Positions 19,853 to 29,021 of a DNA stretch of 60,626 nt are shown piece after piece. The first letter of the stretch is position 1, and the number at the start of each line of letters is the position of its first letter. Location of the stretch: NCBI GenBank assembly GCA_038845975.1, contig JAWBQF010000016.1, positions 1 through 60,626 of the forward strand, written 5' to 3'. The stretch comes from Candidatus Methanomethylicia archaeon. GTDB taxonomy: Archaea > Thermoproteota > Methanomethylicia > CALHIW01. The position numbers and the translations under genes are program-made. The notes beneath the pieces were generated by a model. The model saw only the letters and a program-made list of their open reading frames with translations, had not been told where the DNA came from and did no database searches.

Positions 19853-21547
19853 CTATAACCTCCTGAATATAGCTCCTCTATCAGCTGATTCCACAAGTTT
19901 TGAGTATCTGTAGAGGTATCCCCTGCCAGCCTTTAATGGTGGGGGTATCCATGATTTAAGTCTTAACTCCATTTCCTCCCTAGATATTTCAATGTTTAAT
20001 TTACGTTCCGGTATGTTTATTTCAACTATGTCTCCATCCTGTACTACTGCTATTGGTCCTCCTTCAGCTGCTTCAGGTGAAACATGACCTATACATGGAC
20101 CCTTAGTAGCACCTGAAAACCTACCATCAGTAATTAAAGCTACAGATTCTCCAAGTCCTAAACCAGTTATTGTTGATGTTGCTGTAAGCATTTCCCTCAT
20201 TCCAGGGCCTCCTTTAGGTCCCTCATATCTAATAATCACTATATCTCCACTTTCTATTTCGCCATTAAGCATAGCTTTAACAGCTTCTTCTTCTGAATTG
20301 TATGCTTTAGCAGGTCCATTATGTTTAAGCATTTTAGGACTTACAGCTGCTGATTTTACTACTGCTCCTCGTGGCGCTAATGTCCCCTTTAGTATTGCTA
20401 TTCCCCCCTCCTTATGGATAGGGTTTTCTAATGGTCTTATAACATCATCATCGTAAACTCTTGCTTCACCTATAACTTCACCTATTGTCCTACCTGTTAC
20501 TGTTAAGCAGTCTAGATGTAGGTATGGTTTTAACCTACTCATTACACCCGGTATTCCTCCAGCTCTATGTAAATCTACAACTTTGTATGGTCCTCCAGGA
20601 GCCATACTACATAGATGAGGTACTTTACGGCTTATTTCATCGAAGACATCTAGACCAATATCTATTCCAAGCTCATAAGCTATAGCTGGTAGATGTAGTA
20701 TAGTATTTGTTGATCCTCCTAGAGCCATATCAACAGCTATAGCGTTTCTAAACGTCTTCTCAGTCATTATCTTGCTGGGTCTTAAATCTCTCTCAAGAAC
20801 TTTCAATATAAGTCTTCCAGCTTCTATAGCTAATCTTATTTTAGCTGAGTCAGTAGCTGGTGTTGTCGCCATGTATGGTATAGTCATCCCTAATGCTTCA
20901 GTAAGACACTGCATAGTGTTAGCTGTAAACATCCCTCCACATGCTCCAGGTCCTGTGCAAGCTATTTCCTCAAGGTATTTAGCTTCCTCAGGAGTTATTC
21001 TTCCTGTTTTCAGGAGTCCAGGAACCTCAAACAGTTCAGCTATAGTTATGCTTTTACCTCTAAAATATCCATGTGATGGATATGCTGGAAGCATAGGTCC
21101 ACCAAGACAGAAAACTGTAGGTATATCTAGCCTTGCAGTAGCCATAAGCATTCCAGGATCAATCTTATCACATGTTGTTATACAAATCATAGCGTCAAAT
21201 CCATGTGCTTCAATCATAAGCTCAATAGAGTCTGCAATAACTTCCCTACTTGGAAGTGGTGTACGCATTCCCTCATGACCCATAGCTAATCCATCACATA
21301 TAGCAATCGTATTAAACTCTAATGGTACTCCCCCGGCCTCCCTAACACCCATCTTAACATATTCTGCAATCTTATCTAAATGTATATGTCCAGGAACAAT
21401 TTCATTCCATGAATTTACAATAGCAATTAAAGGCTTTTTAAAATCTTCATCAGTTAATCCAACACATCTTAAAAGAGATCTATGCGGAGTCCTTAAAACA
21501 CCATCAACAACCCTACTACTTCTTAAATGACTAACCATAAAAACCAC
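19853..21547 (-). CDS. ilvD: IlvD/Edd-family dehydratase (paralog 3; first gene of the sugar-acid operon)
   Basis: NEIVPGHIHL, CDGLAMGH, TCDKIDPG, GACGGMFTANTM and TDGRFSG motifs. Confidence 0.9.
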   Translation of the reverse strand: MVFMVSHLRSSRVVDGVLRTPHRSLLRCVGLTDEDFKKPLIAIVNSWNEIVPGHIHLDKIAEYVKMGVREAGGVPLEFNTIAICDGLAMGHEGMRTPLPSREVIADSIELMIEAHGFDAMICITTCDKIDPGMLMATARLDIPTVFCLGGPMLPAYPSHGYFRGKSITIAELFEVPGLLKTGRITPEEAKYLEEIACTGPGACGGMFTANTMQCLTEALGMTIPYMATTPATDSAKIRLAIEAGRLILKVLERDLRPSKIMTEKTFRNAIAVDMALGGSTNTILHLPAIAYELGIDIGLDVFDEISRKVPHLCSMAPGGPYKVVDLHRAGGIPGVMSRLKPYLHLDCLTVTGRTIGEVIGEARVYDDDVIRPLENPIHKEGGIAILKGTLAPRGAVVKSAAVSPKMLKHNGPAKAYNSEEEAVKAMLNGEIESGDIVIIRYEGPKGGPGMREMLTATSTITGLGLGESVALITDGRFSGATKGPCIGHVSPEAAEGGPIAVVQDGDIVEINIPERKLNIEISREEMELRLKSWIPPPLKAGRGYLYRYSKLVESADRGAIFRRL

Positions 21548-21775
21548 TATGAAATAGTTAAAGCAACTAATAAAGATTTCTAGCTTACAGTATTAAAGAA
21601 TAGCTAATATAACCTACTTAATAAGTCTCAACTCAGAAAACCCATAGTCCACCATATATAGATAATAAATTGTTCTGTATTGAAGTTAGTAAGCAGCTAC
21701 CTCCTACTTGCTAAATTAATATTAGAAGTATAGAAAGAACAGAAATTAAAAGTTAGAAGTCTAGAACAATACTGC

Positions 21776-22588
21776 CTAGACATAATATATGTATATTGCT
21801 CCACTATATGTTATTGTTTGAGTGTTTCCATCACGTGGATTTATTATACCAATAGCATATCTAATGTTTTGGTTTAGGTTGCTGAATACTACCCACCCTG
21901 AACCGCCAGTTAACATTTGAACATTAATAAGCTCACCTGTATCATAGTTTCTGAGACCGATTAGAACAATATGGTCTGTTGGAGTATATTGTAAATATAC
22001 TGCAATTTGGAATACGCTTGGCTCAAAGGGGCCTCGCCAATACGCCCAGCCTAATGAAACACTACCACTAATCGGAATCTTAACTACTGTTACTGAAAGA
22101 GGCTCTATTATCGCAACTATCTTACCATTAATCTCCTCATAATATTTACCATCCTCACCCTCAACATAGTGGATTAAAACACCATAGATTGGAACACCAT
22201 CATAGTACTCAACTTTAGCTGCTTTAAGGAATTCCTCTTTATAATTATCCATTACCTTCATTTTACAGAAGGCTTGTCCCTTAATATATTCATCTACCTC
22301 CTTTAAATCCTTAAAAAATTTTTTCATAGCTATGAAAGGTTGATATACTGATGACAGCTCACTAGATTTAAACGGTTCAATCCAACCCTCTACATCTTTA
22401 CTCTCCTTTAACGGCGTTTCCTTTAACGGTATTTTAATAGGAGGAAATAATGTTATCGTTTCACTACTCTGTGAAACAATATCGTTATAGTGGGAAGACT
22501 TGTTCACCAATACTTCAGCTTCAATACTTGATACAGCTATACTTAACGAAAGCAGTATAAGAACAGCCATAACTAAAATCTTAACCAT
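21776..22588 (-). CDS. Secreted hypothetical protein with signal peptide
   Basis: GGAGGTGG RBS before the ATG at 22588; MVKILVMAVLILLSLSIAVSSIEA signal peptide; beta-rich C-terminal half. Confidence 0.75.
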   Translation of the reverse strand: MVKILVMAVLILLSLSIAVSSIEAEVLVNKSSHYNDIVSQSSETITLFPPIKIPLKETPLKESKDVEGWIEPFKSSELSSVYQPFIAMKKFFKDLKEVDEYIKGQAFCKMKVMDNYKEEFLKAAKVEYYDGVPIYGVLIHYVEGEDGKYYEEINGKIVAIIEPLSVTVVKIPISGSVSLGWAYWRGPFEPSVFQIAVYLQYTPTDHIVLIGLRNYDTGELINVQMLTGGSGWVVFSNLNQNIRYAIGIINPRDGNTQTITYSGAIYIYYV

Positions 22589-22988
22589 AACACCACCTCC
22601 AAACAAACATAGCAGAACCAATATATATACTACTGCCAAAATATTCCTAAGGAATCAAATATGATAAGCGATAACTTAATTTTACATGCCTAGCCCATCA
22701 AATTTAAGTTATTGCCAGGGATGTTCTTTAGGTATTATTCTATTAAGCTAATAATGAAGTGTGAGTTTGCAGATTTATAGCTTTCATATCATGGTTTATA
22801 TTGTTTAATTGCATTTGTAAAAGTTTACAAGTTCTTCATGGATTAAAAATGTTTAAAATTTATTTAACTTGCCTATAAGCTCCACTACTCTAATTTTCAA
22901 ATATAGCGGAGTTAATAAGGCTTAAATATTAGTTGTCTACATTCATTACTTCACAAACTTTATTAAGGTATTAAATAATATAGTTTCT

Positions 22989-24266
22989 GTGAGTCCAAGT
23001 TATTTATTTAATTTTCCTAGAATGGTTGAGGTTGAACAGGAGCTGGTTTCTATTAAGATTCAGGACGTTAAAAGCGAAGTTAGTAAACAGCTTAAAAATA
23101 TAGATCTTGCATCGAGAATAAAGCCCGGTAGTAGAATAGCTATAACTGCTGGTAGTAGAGGAATTGCAAACATTGCTGATATAATTGCCGCTATCGTAGA
23201 TGAGGTTAAGAAATGCGGTGGACAGCCATTCATTGTTCCGGCTATGGGTAGCCATGGAGGTGCAACTCCTGAAGGTCAGGTTGAAATTTTGAAAAGCTAT
23301 GGAATAACACCTGAAAACGTTGGTGCACCTATATTTTCCTCCCTGGAAGTTGATGTACTCGGCTATCTTGATGACGGTACACCTATATATATTGATAGGT
23401 ATGCTCATAATGCTGATGGAATAATAGTTGTTAATAGGGTTAAGCCACATACAGATTTTAAGGATAAGATTGAAAGTGGATTAATGAAAATGATGGTTAT
23501 TGGTCTAGGTAAGCAGAAAGGTGCTGAATCTCTTCATTCATTTCTTGCTGAAGGATACCATAAAGTTCTACCTGAAATGGCTAGGTTAATAATGAAAAAA
23601 GCAAAAATAATATGTGGAGTAGCAATTGTAGAGAATGGCTATCATGAAACCGCAATTATTAAAGCTATTCCCACCGAGAAAATTGAGGAGGAGGAAATTA
23701 AGCTTCTAGAAATTGCTAAGAAGTATCTTCCAAGAATACCGTTTAAGGATATAGATCTCCTAATTGTTGATGAAATAGGGAAGGAGATTAGTGGTGCAGG
23801 TATGGATCCAAATGTTACAGGTAGATTTTTTGTTCCAGGCGAATATGATCCTGAAGCTCCAAGAGTTAAGCGGATCATTGTACTTGACTTAAGCCCTAAA
23901 ACTGAAGGTAATGCTGTAGGTATTGGTATGGCTGACTTAACTACTAGAAGAGTATTTGAAAAAATTGATTTTGTGAAAACCTTTGTTAACTGCTTAACAG
24001 CTGGATGGCCTGAAGCTGGTAAAGTACCTGTATTCCTATCTTGCGATAGGGATGCGATAGCTATGGGTTTAAGGACAGCAGGTATTAGAGACTTTAAAAA
24101 GGCTAAAATAGTTCGAATTAAAAATACACTTGAACTAACTAGATTCTGGATTTCAGAAGCTCTTCTTGAAGAACTTGAAAAAAATCCTGAATTGAAAAAG
24201 AAAGTTAAAGTTATAGGTGAACCGAGAGAAATGATATTTGATGTTCTAGGAAATCTAGCTAGATAA
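22989..24266 (+). CDS. LarA-like / DUF2088 lactate-racemase-domain protein
   Basis: AITAGSRGI, PAMGSHGGAT, NRVKPHTDF and GKEISGAGMDPNV motifs. Confidence 0.8.
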   Translation: MSPSYLFNFPRMVEVEQELVSIKIQDVKSEVSKQLKNIDLASRIKPGSRIAITAGSRGIANIADIIAAIVDEVKKCGGQPFIVPAMGSHGGATPEGQVEILKSYGITPENVGAPIFSSLEVDVLGYLDDGTPIYIDRYAHNADGIIVVNRVKPHTDFKDKIESGLMKMMVIGLGKQKGAESLHSFLAEGYHKVLPEMARLIMKKAKIICGVAIVENGYHETAIIKAIPTEKIEEEEIKLLEIAKKYLPRIPFKDIDLLIVDEIGKEISGAGMDPNVTGRFFVPGEYDPEAPRVKRIIVLDLSPKTEGNAVGIGMADLTTRRVFEKIDFVKTFVNCLTAGWPEAGKVPVFLSCDRDAIAMGLRTAGIRDFKKAKIVRIKNTLELTRFWISEALLEELEKNPELKKKVKVIGEPREMIFDVLGNLAR

Positions 24267-24750
24267 CCCATATTCAAACATTTTTATAGTACTGCCTCAG
24301 CTAATGGTTCTATCATTTCTCAATACTCGGCAAATTCTTCATTGGCGAAATAATATGTCTAAACACCTATTAAAACCTATCTCACGCTGAAATGCGACGA
24401 TACATAATAAACCATAAGCTCCAGTCTACAAACTTCCCATTGAAGCTTCATAAAAACCTCCAAGTCTAAGAGAATACGCTTAATTCCATTCAGTATACCT
24501 ACTATAAACCATCATAAAATACCATCAAATATAAAATAATGAATGTAAATAGTTAAATAAATCCAAATGCTATTGTAGAATTCTTCATAAGTACTGTTTC
24601 AGTAGTTTATTAGTTTGAATCCATATTCATTATCAGAATTATATTATTCCTACTTTATGATTTCTGTATTGCTATAGCATTATTAACTCATAGTTTGTTA
24701 GGTCTCTATCTTAGCGAAAGGCTTAAATTCCTAGATTTAATGACTACTAT

Positions 24751-25758
24751 GTGAAGGCAGCTCGTCTACATGAATATGGTAAAGACCTTGTTGTTGAAGA
24801 TATCTCTATACCATCTATTGGACCTAGTGATGTACTAGTAAGAGTTAAAGCTTGTGGAGTTTGTCATAGTGATATTCATATGATTGATGGAATTATAAAG
24901 GTTCCAAGTCTTCCCAGAGTTCTTGGACACGAAGTTGCCGGTGAGATTGTTGAAGTCGGCCAAGATGTTCATGGAATAAATATTGGAGAACGTGTTGCTT
25001 TATCCTTTATATATAAGGTTTGTAATGTATGTCGTTATTGTATTGAAGGTTTTGAAAATATTTGCCGGAATATATTGTATACTGGTTTTCATGTTGATGG
25101 AGGATATGCTGAATATATTAAAGCGCCTGAAAACTCAATCTTTAAAATTCCTGAAGGGGTAAGCTATGAGGAGGCAGCTATAGCTACAGATGCTATTGCA
25201 ACAGCTTACCATACGATTAAAAGGATTGCAAAGGTTTCAATTAATGAGAATGTTGTAGTGTATGGTCTTGGAGGTTTAGGCTTATCTGCTATTCAAATAT
25301 TGAAGGCTATTGGAGCCTACGTTATAGGTGTTGATGTTAATGATGAAAAGCTTAAATTAGCTGAAAAACTTGGAGCTGATGAAGTTATTAATTCAAGCCT
25401 TGAGGATCCTATTAAAAGAATTAAGTTGAAAGGAGGAGTTGATGTAGCATTGGATTTTACTAGTAGTATTAAGGCTAAGGAACAGGCATTTGAAAGCATT
25501 AAGCCTCATGGAAGACTAGTTATTGCTGGAGTAGCTGAAGGTAGATTAAATATTTCACCTAGAAGGCTTGTTTTCGGCGAAATGATGCTTAGTGGAAGCT
25601 TCGCATTTACGAGACTAGATGTTACTGAATCACTTAACCTAGTTAGTAGAGGAATTGTAAAGGTTATTTATGAACAGTATTCTCTACAGGATATAAATAA
25701 GGCATTAAAGCTTCTAAAAGAAGGAAAAATACTTTTCAGATCTATAGTTAAGCCGTAA
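24751..25758 (+). CDS. Zinc-dependent medium-chain alcohol dehydrogenase
   Basis: CGVCHSD, GHE, structural Zn site C-x2-C-x2-C-x7-C, and GLGGLG. Confidence 0.92.
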   Translation: MKAARLHEYGKDLVVEDISIPSIGPSDVLVRVKACGVCHSDIHMIDGIIKVPSLPRVLGHEVAGEIVEVGQDVHGINIGERVALSFIYKVCNVCRYCIEGFENICRNILYTGFHVDGGYAEYIKAPENSIFKIPEGVSYEEAAIATDAIATAYHTIKRIAKVSINENVVVYGLGGLGLSAIQILKAIGAYVIGVDVNDEKLKLAEKLGADEVINSSLEDPIKRIKLKGGVDVALDFTSSIKAKEQAFESIKPHGRLVIAGVAEGRLNISPRRLVFGEMMLSGSFAFTRLDVTESLNLVSRGIVKVIYEQYSLQDINKALKLLKEGKILFRSIVKP

Positions 25759-26050
25759 TTAACTACATCACATATAATTCTAGAATATATAAACTCTAAG
25801 GTCATGTTACTTATCCCCTAAATACTTCTAACTATTCATTATCAGCATAGTCTTTAAACATAGAAAAATCAAATAATAGCTAAGCATATTCCTCTAAGTA
25901 TAGAGTAGATGTACTTTTATCTAAATAGAGCTTAGTATGTTCCATTTATCCTATTAACTACCTTATAACTTAACATACTACTTAACTTAGAGCTATTTCA
26001 AAATTCATCGTAAAATTTATATGTTTAAAAATTTTCTGAATTGATGATTT

Positions 26051-26797
26051 ATGGTTAATTTAAAGGAGCCCCATGAAATAATTGTTAGGGAGCTTCGGTT
26101 AAGAACTGATCCTGTTGGTATTAAGCTGTTTAAAAGCTTAGATGAAATTCCTCCAGGTATATCTAAAGTTCCTGATAAGCTTACTTTATGCCAGCTATCT
26201 ACGCTAGCTAGACTTCATGGACTTACCTATTACGCTACTGCTGATGATATTGCATGTAAGAGGGGAGCTGGTTCAATAGGTTTAAGGAAAATTTCAGAGG
26301 AGGAATGTGTTGTAGAAGATGCTTATGCCCATACTGTAAATTTAGAAACTGCAAGGAAGCTATACAAGTTTATACCTATGCTTCCCCCAAACTCTAGTAG
26401 AGCGGTTCTTATGGGTCCTCTTGGAGAGCTTCCTATCGAGCCTGATGCTGTACTAGTTGTTGGAAATCCTGGGCAGATGTTAAAGGTTGTTGAAGGCTAC
26501 GTATGGAGTAAAGGAGAACCTCTAACTCTATCGTCTACAGGAGTTCATGGAATATGTGGTGATGGAGTTGCTAGAGCACTAATAACAGGTAAGATTAGTT
26601 TATCTCTTCCATGTGGTGGTGCAAGAAGAGTAGGTTTATATATTGATGAGGAGATGGTAGCTGCTATTCCGTTCAAGATTATTGATGAGTGGATTAATGG
26701 ATTAATATCTACAAGAAGTACAGGCCATCCATATCCTATACCTACCAGAATAGTATGGAATCCTCCTCCACCAGCACATAAACCGTTAAAACCATAA
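26051..26797 (+). CDS. DUF169 family protein
   Basis: PVGIKL, LCQ..AR, C..G...IG, P-D-A-V...P-GQ and LPCGGAR patterns. Confidence 0.8.
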   Translation: MVNLKEPHEIIVRELRLRTDPVGIKLFKSLDEIPPGISKVPDKLTLCQLSTLARLHGLTYYATADDIACKRGAGSIGLRKISEEECVVEDAYAHTVNLETARKLYKFIPMLPPNSSRAVLMGPLGELPIEPDAVLVVGNPGQMLKVVEGYVWSKGEPLTLSSTGVHGICGDGVARALITGKISLSLPCGGARRVGLYIDEEMVAAIPFKIIDEWINGLISTRSTGHPYPIPTRIVWNPPPPAHKPLKP

Positions 26798-26841
26798 CTA
26801 ATCATATCAGTAAGATTTTTATAATAGTTTCCCTAATTAAT

Positions 26842-28104
26842 TTGGTTATTATGTCGTATAAGGATTTGTATATCCCATATATAACTCCAGATCTTGAAGA
26901 GCATAGATTAAGAGTTCGGGAGTTTGCTGAGAAGATGCTTACTCCAATACGTGATAAGTATGAGGAGCTGAATCTTGATGGTAAAGGGTTAAGCTTTCCT
27001 TGGGAGGCTTTAAAACTAATCGGTGAAAATGGATTTTTAGCTATGTATATACCTGAAGCTTACGGTGGTAAGGGTAAGCCATTACTCTACGATGTGGTAG
27101 CTATAGAAGAAATCTCTAGGGTTTGCGGTGCTATGGCTTCTCTAACTCAGTATACTCCATCGCTTGTCTGCTCTCCTCTTCTTCTATTTGGAACTGAGGA
27201 ACAGAAAAGAAGGTATTTACCTCCATTAGTTAAAGGTGAAAAGCTAGGAGCCTTCGCCCTAACTGAACCTGAGGTTGGATCAGACACAGCAGCAATACAG
27301 ACAAAAGCTGAAAGAGTTGGTAACTCATATATAATTAATGGGCATAAGAAATTCATAACTATAGGAAATCTTGCAAGTACATTTATAGTATTTGCTAAAA
27401 CAAAACCTGAAGCAGGTGCTAGAGGTATAACAGCATTCATAGTGGAGAAGGATATGGAGGGTATAAGCTTCCCAAAGCAGGAGAGAAAGCTTGGTTTAAG
27501 ATATATTCCTGTAAGTGAGGTAAAGTTTGATAATGTTAAGGTACCTATTGAAAATGTTTTAGGTGGTGTTGAAATGGAGAATAGAGGTATATATATTGCG
27601 TTAAACGCTTTAGATCATGGTAGATGCTATGTAGCTGCTCAAGCACTTGGAGCTGCGCAAGCAGCTTTAGAACAAGCATTAAAGTTTGCAGAGCAACGTG
27701 TAGAGTTTGGACAGCCAATAATAAATTTTGAAGCAATACAGTGGATGATTGCAGATATGACGATGAGGATAGAAGCAGCTCGCCTTCTTACTTATAGAGC
27801 AACATATCTTAGGGATTTAGCTATTAAAGGCAAAATAGATTCTAGAACCGTTACTATGCCTGCTGCAATTGCAAAATGTTATGCAAGTGAGACAGCTACC
27901 TTTGCAGCCCATAGAGCAATACAGATACTTGGCGGTAGAGGATACATGTATGACTATGAGTATTTACCTATAAAGTCGCTTCCACCACTTGAAAAGATAT
28001 ATCGTGACTGTAGAATATATGAAATCTATGAGGGAACAAATGAGATACAGAGGTATGTTATCTCAAGAGAAATAGCTAGATTATTCGGAGTTAAAATAAA
28101 GTAA
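26842..28104 (+). CDS. Acyl-CoA dehydrogenase
   Basis: FALTEPEVGSD, NGHKKFIT, QILGGRGY and IYEGTNEIQR motifs. Confidence 0.93.
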   Translation: MVIMSYKDLYIPYITPDLEEHRLRVREFAEKMLTPIRDKYEELNLDGKGLSFPWEALKLIGENGFLAMYIPEAYGGKGKPLLYDVVAIEEISRVCGAMASLTQYTPSLVCSPLLLFGTEEQKRRYLPPLVKGEKLGAFALTEPEVGSDTAAIQTKAERVGNSYIINGHKKFITIGNLASTFIVFAKTKPEAGARGITAFIVEKDMEGISFPKQERKLGLRYIPVSEVKFDNVKVPIENVLGGVEMENRGIYIALNALDHGRCYVAAQALGAAQAALEQALKFAEQRVEFGQPIINFEAIQWMIADMTMRIEAARLLTYRATYLRDLAIKGKIDSRTVTMPAAIAKCYASETATFAAHRAIQILGGRGYMYDYEYLPIKSLPPLEKIYRDCRIYEIYEGTNEIQRYVISREIARLFGVKIK

Positions 28105-28219
28105 TACTCACCATCCTTAATAAATCCATATTTTATTTTCCCAAACCTAACATATAATATTTAGCCTCTAAATCATCTCTCAATAATAAAATTTAATAAG
28201 ATTCTAGCTTAGTAGAATT

Positions 28220-28621
28220 ATGGCTTTTAAAATTCTTATAACTAAGCTTGGGCTTGATGGGCATGATAGAGGTGCTAAGGTTATTGCAAAGGCTTTAGCT
28301 GATGCTGGATTTGAAGTTGTTTATTTAGGTATTCATCAAACACCTGAAGCTGTTGTTGATGCTGCATTACAAGAGGATGTTGACGCTATAGGTGTAAGTA
28401 TTCTTTCAGGATCTCATATTGAGCTTGCCGAGGAGCTTTTAAAGATTATGCAGATGAAAAACTTTAATGTACCTGTTGTTTTTGGAGGTATTATTCCACC
28501 ATCTGATATTGATAGGTTGAAGATGATAGGTATTTACGATGTTTGCGGTCCAGGAACATCTTTAAAAACAATTATAGAATTATTCAATAAGGCTATTAGA
28601 GGTGGTAAAATTGAGAATTAG
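28220..28621 (+). CDS. Methylmalonyl-CoA mutase small (B12-binding) subunit
   Basis: GLDGHDRGAK, SILSGSH and GGIIP motifs. Confidence 0.92.
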   Translation: MAFKILITKLGLDGHDRGAKVIAKALADAGFEVVYLGIHQTPEAVVDAALQEDVDAIGVSILSGSHIELAEELLKIMQMKNFNVPVVFGGIIPPSDIDRLKMIGIYDVCGPGTSLKTIIELFNKAIRGGKIEN

Positions 28622-29021
28622 CGGAATTGATCATATAGCAGTTGCTGTGAAAAGTATTGACGATGTTTTAAAGCTTTACCGTGACGTTCTTGGAGTTGAG
28701 CTTGTAAAAATTGAAGATGTTGAAGAAGAGAATGTTAGAATAGCTATGTTTAGGGTAGGTGAAGCATTTATTGAGCTTCTTGAACCAAAAACACCTGATA
28801 GTGTAGTTACTAGGTTTATTAGTGAGAGGGGTGAGGGTATACATCATATTGCATTGAGAGTTGAAAACATTGATGAAGCATTAAAGGAAGTTACTAGTAA
28901 GGGATTAAGAGTAATATATAGGAGTTCTAGAAATTTAAAGGATAGAAAGATTAATTTTATTCATCCACGTGATGCTCACGGCGTAATGATTGAGCTTATT
29001 GAGAGGCTGATTGAATTATGA
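28602..29021 (+). CDS. mce: Methylmalonyl-CoA epimerase
   Basis: IDHIAVAV, IELLEP, GEGIHHIA and FIHPRDAHGVMIEL motifs. Confidence 0.92.
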   Translation: MVKLRISGIDHIAVAVKSIDDVLKLYRDVLGVELVKIEDVEEENVRIAMFRVGEAFIELLEPKTPDSVVTRFISERGEGIHHIALRVENIDEALKEVTSKGLRVIYRSSRNLKDRKINFIHPRDAHGVMIELIERLIEL

